In this document: in pieces, positions 5,980 through 13,268 of the stretch
How positions within the stretch are numbered: the stretch's first letter is position 1
How the letters are laid out: the number at the start of each line of letters is the position of its first letter
NCBI RefSeq assembly: GCF_000007185.1
Contig: NC_003551.1
Coordinates: 90,001 to 122,000, forward strand
Length of the DNA stretch: 32,000 nucleotides
Direction: 5' to 3'
Origin: Methanopyrus kandleri AV19
Lineage (GTDB): Archaea; JAADCQ01; Methanopyri; Methanopyrales; Methanopyraceae
The notes under the pieces: generated by a model
Seen by the model: only the letters and a program-made list of their open reading frames with translations
What the model was told of the DNA's origin: nothing
Database searches by the model: none
Program-made: the position numbers and the translations under genes

Positions 5980-8838
5980 TTGGCTCCTATGGTGGTCTTA
6001 GCGTTCGTTTTGATCCTCCTCGCCCTAACTCCACTCCAGCCTGTTCAAGGCCAAGAGGTCGGGACGCTAGCGGAACACCTCAGGAAGGCGTATGGAGAGG
6101 ACTGGCCCCACTACGCCCCCTGGGTGCACTCGGAGATTAAAGTAGCAGATGACGTCAAAGCGTACAACCTCCGCGCGGTGGACCTGGGGTACGATCTAGT
6201 TCCTGGAGTACCTGCCCATGGCGTCCTCGTGGCGTACGCTTCCTCGAGCAAGGTAGGGCTAGCGTTCGTCAACAGGACCGGAGAGTTCTTCAAACTCTGT
6301 GAAGTACCCCTCGAAGCCCCTCCCAAGTACCGTGAAGGATTGGATCTCGACTACATGGAGGCGGAGGGAGACAGCACCAAAAAGACCGTGCTGATAGCCT
6401 GGGGGGCTGACAACAGACTGTACGCGCTGAGGGTGAAACTTGGGGTCTACCGACCGCACGAGAACGCGAACTTCCCGGCGGTTGCCGAAGTATCGAACCC
6501 TATCGAGATCGATTTGCCGCCGGGCTATACGGACGTCAAGCGGGTGAGAGTGCTCGCGCTGGGTGATAAGTTCGTCGTGTTCTTCACCGCTCGACGAGAG
6601 GATAAGCCCACTGAGGAGTACGGTTACGACTTGTTCTACGCACTGATAGACCCCGACGGAACCGTAAAGTTGGGTCCGAAGGACTTTGGATTCCAAGATA
6701 TAATGGTCTTCCAGGTCAAACCCCTGAACGGGCCCTCTCTGATAGGGCTCGCCTTTATGGGACGATGGCGCCAATACATTGCCGGAGTATGGTGGGTTAC
6801 AATGCGACTAGAAGGTAACTCGATAAAAGTTATTCAAACGACCCTGATCAGCGATTCAGATTTTGAGATTCCCTGTGTAGAACGCGCATTACTCGACTTC
6901 AGTTTTTACCCAATAAACAGTGACGAATACTCCGTACTGGTAGTGTGGAACGATTGTAGGTGCCCAAAAGTACTTTTTGAACGAATCGCACAGCTTGTAC
7001 CTGGAGCCGAATTTAGATACAGAAAAGATAAAACATGGGTCGTCTATGGGCAGCGACTTAAGGTCGACAAAAATGGTTATACGAGTAAGTTAGGGAAGAA
7101 TTTTCCTGTCATGTATTTAATGACAGTAACACAGACCACAACACAGACCATTTCAGGAGGAGCCGTCGAGAGTTGGGACATCACGTTCGGAGAAATTGAC
7201 TCTGTTACCGTATATACAACTCATGGGTCGGAGGAGAAATATTTCGTTGTCGATGCCTCAATCAAAGTCTTCGATGTTGCCATATCGAAATGGTTGAACT
7301 ACGCGCGCACTGGTGAGTTCGAGGAGAAGAATACATATGGCTTCGATATCTTATCAGTTCCACTACCGGTAAATCCAGACAGCCCGGGAATAGTAGGTAC
7401 TGAGGTGGATATGGCCGACGTGGAAGTTTCCCTGACGAATTTTGGAACCTCTCAAACCAAACAGAAGTGGGTGGCCTATCCTGTATTCAATAAAGGAGGT
7501 TGCGAAATAATACCGAAAGACCAGCCAAGTCCGGAGTGCTTCATATACTTATACGGTACAATTCAGTTCAACGAAACGCACGCTACTGAAACTCCAATAG
7601 TGGCCGCAGACCAAACTGATGTAAAAGCAAGATTACTTCCAGACGGAGTTATTATTGAAGGATTCATTGAGAACATAAATAAGAAGCCATCCCTATTCGT
7701 AATGCCAGTAGTAGCGGTTGTAGGTCCTGTAAAGGACATATATTTAGAATACGACACACCGGATGAATTACTACACAAGTACATATATCCGCTGGATCCG
7801 TTCACCGTACTGAAGTTCCGGCCAATCCGTACCGAAGATCATCCCGGCGCTCAAGTTGGACCTGTAACGTATGATCTAAGATCGCAACAGCCCGCCCTGC
7901 CGACCGTGTACCTGGAGGTATCGTACACCACGGATTTCAGTGATCGGGTGCCTGCCGGACCTGCGCTAGTCGAAATACTCGGACCGGCACCGCCGGAAGA
8001 ACCGACCCCAGGTACCCCACTATCGGGCTACGCGATCATAGGTGACCCAGAGGTCATGAGATCCGAAAACGTCGAGATAGAGAGAATCGTGAACGAGGAG
8101 TTGGCAGAAACCCAAGTACACGTGAAGTTCTTACCCCCGGCCGTCGAGACACTCGAACGCATAGCACAGGTAGTAGCGTCGGGAACCATCGATAGGGAAG
8201 CGGTACGAGAGGCCGCGAGTGACGCCCTGGACGAGCTAAGTAAGTACCTGAAACAGTACAACCTGCTACAATCCCCGAGCGGTATCCCCGCCGAAGTGGA
8301 CAGCGCCCTACAAACGTTGGGAGAACTCCGTGATCGTGCTCAAGACATGAAGGACGAGGAACTAGTCATGAAACTAAACACCGTCATAAACAACCTTAAG
8401 CGACTCGTGGAGGGTACGTACCACGTCTTCGTTCTCTACCACCCAGTGGGCTCGGTTCAGGAGTACCCGAAATCCATCGAAAACCGTGAAGACCTGAAGC
8501 GTCTCGTCAACGAGCTCGCTTACACCGGGGTGACCTCGTGGATCCCCATCGACGTGGACTGTGAGGTCCCGAACGTCGTGCCTCCGGAGACACGCACGGA
8601 AACGAGCGGTACCGCCCTAATCACGGAAGTACCGGTAGTGCTTCCGCCCACGGAGTCCCATTCATCCGCACCGAAAGCCGGAAGCCAGGGGCAAAGAGGG
8701 ACGGAACCCGTCAAGCCACGGGGGTCGGCCGGAGGTACCTCCTCGAACCCTACTCCGTTACTGCCGATAGTCCCCTACAGGCGTGGACTGTCCAGACCCA
8801 GACTCAGGAGACGATCCTGCACCCGCAGGGCTCGCTGA
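5980..8838 (+). CDS. Large secreted protein of unknown function (surface/S-layer-type candidate)
   Basis: 952-aa uninterrupted ORF with signal peptide MVVLAFVLILLALTPLQPVQGQE. I recognise no catalytic motif. The likely true start is ATG 5989, since 5980 is TTG. The Arg-rich C-terminal tail overlaps the convergent gene by 64 nt. Confidence 0.7.
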   Translation: MAPMVVLAFVLILLALTPLQPVQGQEVGTLAEHLRKAYGEDWPHYAPWVHSEIKVADDVKAYNLRAVDLGYDLVPGVPAHGVLVAYASSSKVGLAFVNRTGEFFKLCEVPLEAPPKYREGLDLDYMEAEGDSTKKTVLIAWGADNRLYALRVKLGVYRPHENANFPAVAEVSNPIEIDLPPGYTDVKRVRVLALGDKFVVFFTARREDKPTEEYGYDLFYALIDPDGTVKLGPKDFGFQDIMVFQVKPLNGPSLIGLAFMGRWRQYIAGVWWVTMRLEGNSIKVIQTTLISDSDFEIPCVERALLDFSFYPINSDEYSVLVVWNDCRCPKVLFERIAQLVPGAEFRYRKDKTWVVYGQRLKVDKNGYTSKLGKNFPVMYLMTVTQTTTQTISGGAVESWDITFGEIDSVTVYTTHGSEEKYFVVDASIKVFDVAISKWLNYARTGEFEEKNTYGFDILSVPLPVNPDSPGIVGTEVDMADVEVSLTNFGTSQTKQKWVAYPVFNKGGCEIIPKDQPSPECFIYLYGTIQFNETHATETPIVAADQTDVKARLLPDGVIIEGFIENINKKPSLFVMPVVAVVGPVKDIYLEYDTPDELLHKYIYPLDPFTVLKFRPIRTEDHPGAQVGPVTYDLRSQQPALPTVYLEVSYTTDFSDRVPAGPALVEILGPAPPEEPTPGTPLSGYAIIGDPEVMRSENVEIERIVNEELAETQVHVKFLPPAVETLERIAQVVASGTIDREAVREAASDALDELSKYLKQYNLLQSPSGIPAEVDSALQTLGELRDRAQDMKDEELVMKLNTVINNLKRLVEGTYHVFVLYHPVGSVQEYPKSIENREDLKRLVNELAYTGVTSWIPIDVDCEVPNVVPPETRTETSGTALITEVPVVLPPTESHSSAPKAGSQGQRGTEPVKPRGSAGGTSSNPTPLLPIVPYRRGLSRPRLRRRSCTRRAR

Positions 8839-9845
8839 GTGCGTTCGGAGAGTTTCCTCCACTTCTTGTCCAACACGCCCCGCTTACCCTCCAATTCCCT
8901 CAGGTTCTTGTGCAGCACTTTTGTCTGGAGCAGCTGGGCCGTGATCCGACCGGCGACCTTGTGCGAACCGCGACGGGGCGGTCGTCCGTCGAACTCTCGC
9001 CTCAGGAACCACGGACACCGTAGCTTGACCGCGTGGAGCTTGTCGTCGGTCTCCACCATCGGCTTCACGCAGAGCCCCTCACACCAGTTCCGCTCGAGCC
9101 TGTCGAGTTCCCGCTCGAGGTCTCCCGGGTCCGGGTCGACGACCACCCGCCATCTGGGGGGTTCCGTGGACAGACGGCGACACTCGCGGAGCTGCTCTGT
9201 TCTCGGTGCTGTGATCTTCACGCTCCCTTCGAGCATGTCCAGCTCGTAGAAACAGACCCTAGGTTCGAGCTTCCCCTCGGCTACGGCGGACTCGAAGTCC
9301 GGTTTGACCTGGTTCTCACGGAGGAAGCGCTGGATAAGCTCGTGATCGGGGTCCAACTCGCAGACTCGGGAGAACAGCGGTTCGGGTCGGCACTCGTACC
9401 GTTTGCCTTCCAAGTACACGAGTTCCGCCGTGAGATCCGAAGGTTCGCCGTCGAACAGTACCTCGGTTTCCAGTCTCCCGGCGAGCTCGTGCAGTCTGGG
9501 CGACTCCTGGGAGAACAGGTCGTAGGGAAGGAGCTCGCCCTCCAGGATCGTGATCCGGTCGAACTCGCCGCGGAGGTCCTCCCAAGGGGGCTCGATGTCG
9601 AGCCCCCGGAGGTACTCGTCGGCGTCCACCCAACCCCTGGTGTGTGCGAGGAGGCGGTCCCCTTCCAGGTACACGCGGACGTTCGTCCCGTCGAGTTTCT
9701 CTTCGAGGACCAGCTCACGGTCCGGGGAAAAAGCGCGGAAGAGGCGTAGCGTGGGTTCGGGCTCCTCAGGACGGGCGGCGGCCATGGTCCGCGTCGCGGT
9801 GATCCGGAGGCCCTCGGGGATTTTCGGCGGTGCTTCCTCCCGCAT
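8775..9845 (-). CDS. ATP-dependent RNA/DNA ligase-like covalent nucleotidyltransferase (no obvious OB domain)
   Basis: The ordered ligase motifs are:
- I: LEEKLDGTNVRV (Lys50)
- III: TILEGELL
- IIIa: VCFYELD
- IV: CEGLCVKP
- V: LHAVKLR

ATG 9845 lies 22 nt downstream of the thiC stop on the same strand. Confidence 0.6.
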   Translation of the reverse strand: MREEAPPKIPEGLRITATRTMAAARPEEPEPTLRLFRAFSPDRELVLEEKLDGTNVRVYLEGDRLLAHTRGWVDADEYLRGLDIEPPWEDLRGEFDRITILEGELLPYDLFSQESPRLHELAGRLETEVLFDGEPSDLTAELVYLEGKRYECRPEPLFSRVCELDPDHELIQRFLRENQVKPDFESAVAEGKLEPRVCFYELDMLEGSVKITAPRTEQLRECRRLSTEPPRWRVVVDPDPGDLERELDRLERNWCEGLCVKPMVETDDKLHAVKLRCPWFLRREFDGRPPRRGSHKVAGRITAQLLQTKVLHKNLRELEGKRGVLDKKWRKLSERTQRALRVQDRLLSLGLDSPRL

Positions 9846-9867
9846 CGTGACGGTTCCCGGGTTCGGA

Positions 9868-11157
9868 TTACCGACGCTCCTCCAGTGCGTCTTTCAGTAT
9901 TTTGATAGCGCAATACTCCCCGCACATCGAGCACAGCTCCTTGGCCTGCGGCGGGCGTTCCTCCCGGTAGTGTCGTGGCTTCTTCGGGTCGATGGCGAGC
10001 TCGAACTGACGGTCCCAGTCCAGGTTCCACCGTGCTTCGGCCATCTCCTCGTTCTCTCGGCGGGCGTACTTCATGCCCCTGGCCGTGTCGGCGGCGTGAG
10101 CCGCAATGCGTGTCGCGATCACGCCGAGGATTACGTCCTTGACGTCCGGGAGCGCCAGGTGCTCGGCCGGGGTCACGTAACACAGGAAGTCGGCACCGTG
10201 GTACGCGGCGATGGCCCCGCCGATGGCCGCGGCGATATGGTCGTACCCCGGAGCCACGTCGGTCGGTACGGGACCGAGCACGTAGAACGGAGCCCCGTCA
10301 CACACGCGCTTCTGCAGTCTCACCACCGCCGGTATCTGGTCGAGCGGCACGTGGCCGGGTCCCTCCACCATAGCCTGCACACCGGCCTCGCGGCACCGGT
10401 CCACGAGCTCCCCCTGGACAACGAGCTCCCGGTGTTGGGCGGCGTCGTTGGCGTCGAGCACGGATCCGGGACGCATCGCGTCGCCTAGGGATAGGGTCAC
10501 GTCGTGCTCCCGCGCGAGCTCCAGGATGTAGTCGAAGTTCTCGTACAGGGGGTTCTCGGCGTCGTGATGGATCATCCAGGCCGCAACGATGGCACCGCCG
10601 CGCGAAACGATCCCGAGCGCTCTACCCCTCCGGAGGACGTCCTCGAGCGCGTCCAGCGTGACCGCGCAGTGTACGGTCATGAAGTCAACACCGTCCTCCA
10701 TGTGTCGCTCGATGGCCCGCAGCATGTCGTCCTCATCCATGTCCACGACGGCCCGTCCCCGTCTGGTCATTTCCACGGCCGCTTCGTACACGGGCACGGT
10801 CCCTACGGGCACGTCCACGGCCTTCATGATCCGTCGACGGATCTCTCTCAGGTCTCCACCCGTGCTGAGATCCATCACCGTGTCGGCACCGTGATCGACC
10901 GCTGCACGGGCCTTCTCCACTTCGAGGTCGGGATCGCAGACCTCCGGGGATGTTCCGACGTTGGCGTTGATTTTCACGCGGAGCCCTTCACCTATGCCGA
11001 CGGGCCGGACCTCGTCCCGACGGTCCGCGTGGGCCGGGACGACCACCCGTCCTTCGGCCACTCGTCTCGCGAGCTTCTCCGGTCGGACGCCTTCCTCCTC
11101 CGCGATCTTCCGGACCGTATCGGGTACCGTCCGCCTACACTCTTCCATCAGGGTCAC
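9868..11157 (-). CDS. thiC: Phosphomethylpyrimidine synthase ThiC
   Basis: Full-length match to ThiC blocks (NANVGTS, DTVMDLSTGG, TVHCAV, GIVSRGG, GPGHVPL, APFYVLGP), plus the C-terminal radical-SAM cluster CSMCGEYCA. The GTG start overlaps the upstream stop (GTGA). Confidence 0.95.
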   Translation of the reverse strand: MTLMEECRRTVPDTVRKIAEEEGVRPEKLARRVAEGRVVVPAHADRRDEVRPVGIGEGLRVKINANVGTSPEVCDPDLEVEKARAAVDHGADTVMDLSTGGDLREIRRRIMKAVDVPVGTVPVYEAAVEMTRRGRAVVDMDEDDMLRAIERHMEDGVDFMTVHCAVTLDALEDVLRRGRALGIVSRGGAIVAAWMIHHDAENPLYENFDYILELAREHDVTLSLGDAMRPGSVLDANDAAQHRELVVQGELVDRCREAGVQAMVEGPGHVPLDQIPAVVRLQKRVCDGAPFYVLGPVPTDVAPGYDHIAAAIGGAIAAYHGADFLCYVTPAEHLALPDVKDVILGVIATRIAAHAADTARGMKYARRENEEMAEARWNLDWDRQFELAIDPKKPRHYREERPPQAKELCSMCGEYCAIKILKDALEERR

Positions 11158-12512
11158 GGCGTACCTGCCCCTGCCCGCGCTGCCATGGTCTTAGCCAAGT
11201 TCATGAGTTGTGAGAACAACGCGTTCATTTCGAGGACCAACGGTCGCGGTAGGTAGTGCTCCCGGACGTACAGTCCGAACCAAGCGGCTGATAACGTTAC
11301 GAGGACCCAGATCAGGAACCACACCACGGCGACGGATGCCGAATCACGGTTCCTATGGGCGGCTGCGATCGGGAAGTATACGAAAAACGGCAGTGCCAGG
11401 TACGGATGTAAGGCTGTTAGGGAACCTACGATGGCCGACGCGCCGACGGCACGGACGGACTCGGACGGGATGCGCCCGAATATCCTGACGGCGTAGTCGG
11501 GTGGTTCCACGTACGCCACGAGGTAGGGTCCGAAGCGGAATGCTATGTACGAGCAGTCGTAGTCGACACGCTCACGGACCGTTACAGCGTTTTCGGCGGC
11601 GCGACCCCTTGAGTCGCCTATCCCGATCTTTATCTTGACGTCGTCTTCCGTTAGCCGACCCACGATCTTGATCGCGGCCCTCAGCGCCCGGCTTTTGGTG
11701 GGGAACCGGGCTATTACGTCGTCCCCTCCCCTGCGATGGTCCAGTACGACCCCTTCTTCCTCGTTGATCACGTCGATTACCCTGCTCATTATACCCTCCA
11801 GATACCGACGTCCGCGCTCGCGGACTAGCTCGGAGGACCCAACGATATCTAGGTAGAGGATACGGTCGGGCGCGGTGTTGGTTCGGCGGGGTGGGGGAAG
11901 CGGGTCACCACCCCGGTGGATGATCCACTCCGCCCCGATCTTGGAGAACGCGGCGAACTCGGAGTCGGCGTGACGTTCGGCCTTGGCGAACCGTTCGGTG
12001 GCAGCGGCCTGGGTGAGACCGATAGCGGCGCTACCATGCAGCCGCAGTGGGACTTGAACCGCGAATCGTAGTGCGTGGAATTTAGAGGGGGCTTCCACGG
12101 TCGCCTCGCCTCCTCCGCACTCCAGCACGGTACATTGGCACTCGTGGGCGAGCGACTGGAGGTCGTTCTCGTTCCTGTATGTGCAATACACGTATCTGGT
12201 TTCATCCAGCACTATCTTGCTGACGAGCGCCACCTCCGGGTCGTCGTACTTGAATTGTTCTATCTTCGTCAGTCCGAACCCTTCGCGTCGTAGCTCCTCC
12301 GCCACCTCACCGAGCTCGTTGGAGATTACCTGGGGAGCCGGTAGAGGGTATCCCTCGAAGCGCGTTAGTAGCATGTACATGGAGTTGAGCGTTTCCACTA
12401 TTTCCCGCTCCTCCTCGGTGATCGGGTCGTACTTGGTACCGCAGGCGACGATCTCCCCATCGACCCGCGGGGAGGCCGAGAGTTTCACGAATAGGCGTGA
12501 GGGGTGAATCAT
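11154..12512 (-). CDS. Membrane-anchored protein with putative minimal nucleotide-cyclase/GGDD palm-like domain
   Basis: Residues ~217-320 read RILYLDIVGSS...RRGGDDVIARFP...VKIKIGIGDSRGRAAENAVTVRER. This resembles the class III cyclase/GGDEF/Cas10 palm core. Two strongly hydrophobic C-terminal helices span residues ~355-415. The coding call is solid; the domain call is a by-eye motif match only. Confidence 0.5.
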   Translation of the reverse strand: MIHPSRLFVKLSASPRVDGEIVACGTKYDPITEEEREIVETLNSMYMLLTRFEGYPLPAPQVISNELGEVAEELRREGFGLTKIEQFKYDDPEVALVSKIVLDETRYVYCTYRNENDLQSLAHECQCTVLECGGGEATVEAPSKFHALRFAVQVPLRLHGSAAIGLTQAAATERFAKAERHADSEFAAFSKIGAEWIIHRGGDPLPPPRRTNTAPDRILYLDIVGSSELVRERGRRYLEGIMSRVIDVINEEEGVVLDHRRGGDDVIARFPTKSRALRAAIKIVGRLTEDDVKIKIGIGDSRGRAAENAVTVRERVDYDCSYIAFRFGPYLVAYVEPPDYAVRIFGRIPSESVRAVGASAIVGSLTALHPYLALPFFVYFPIAAAHRNRDSASVAVVWFLIWVLVTLSAAWFGLYVREHYLPRPLVLEMNALFSQLMNLAKTMAARAGAGTP

Positions 12513-12513
12513 T

Positions 12514-13239
12514 TCACTCCACCTCTTCGGGCGTTTTGACGCGTACCTTGTAGTCTCCTTTCTCGACCAACAGGCTTTCCTTCACCACCACGTACGGGAA
12601 CTTCAGATAGACGGTGCGGGTGGCTACGGTGCTGGCTATGAAGCGGGCGAGACGGATCATCGTCGGCTTCAGGTCTTCGCCCACTAAAACCTCCACCTTG
12701 AAGGGAGGTCGTTCCTTCGCGACCTCCGAGGAGTGAAGCGCGAGCACTCCGAACTCTTCGGGCCCCACACACAAGTCGTTCCGAACGAGGACCAGTGGTG
12801 TATGGTCGAGATCGAGCTCTTCCCGGGCGGTGACGGCGATCGCTCCGGCTTTCTCCCGTAACTCCCGGTAGTTGCGGGGATCGACGGCGATGAAGCACAC
12901 GTAACGGTCTTCCTCCGCCACTGGCTCGAGCTCCTCCTCGGCGACAACGGTTTTCACGACGGGGATCTTGCTGAGGAACTTGTCCAGTACAGTGTCGACC
13001 CCCTTGAGTGAGAACTCGAGACCCGCCATTCCACCTATTTCCCTGACCACTTCCCTGGCCACACTACGGACGTCGAGTTCGGCGTGCTTCTTCAGGTCGT
13101 ACACGGGGTAATCCCTTTTGGCTAACGCGTCGAGGACCTGGAGGCTGACGTCGGCACCTATACGCTTCGCCTCCTCGTCCGGGATCCACACCTTATCCTT
13201 ACCCGCGTCCGACCTCTCGGCCTTGGCCACGTTCGTCAC
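12514..13239 (-). CDS. Hypothetical protein, first gene of the thiC-containing operon
   Basis: 241-aa ORF with native acidic composition. Its stop lies 1 nt before the start of the next gene. By eye, its N-terminal ~130 aa resemble the N-terminal region of the downstream 452-aa protein. The GTG start is uncertain. Confidence 0.6.
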   Translation of the reverse strand: MTNVAKAERSDAGKDKVWIPDEEAKRIGADVSLQVLDALAKRDYPVYDLKKHAELDVRSVAREVVREIGGMAGLEFSLKGVDTVLDKFLSKIPVVKTVVAEEELEPVAEEDRYVCFIAVDPRNYRELREKAGAIAVTAREELDLDHTPLVLVRNDLCVGPEEFGVLALHSSEVAKERPPFKVEVLVGEDLKPTMIRLARFIASTVATRTVYLKFPYVVVKESLLVEKGDYKVRVKTPEEVE

Positions 13240-13268
13240 CCCGGAACCCGCGAGTAGGGAGGAGGACC

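Noticed and set aside
9033-11256. Several 238-312 aa ORFs in alternative frames and strands over the ligase-like gene and thiC (9033-9749 +, 9281-10183 -, 9550-10488 +, 10504-11256 +)
   Set aside because: They overlap the unambiguous thiC gene or the motif-bearing ligase-like frame. Their products are Arg/Gly/Pro/Val-rich with no recognisable domains, so they are GC-driven shadow ORFs.
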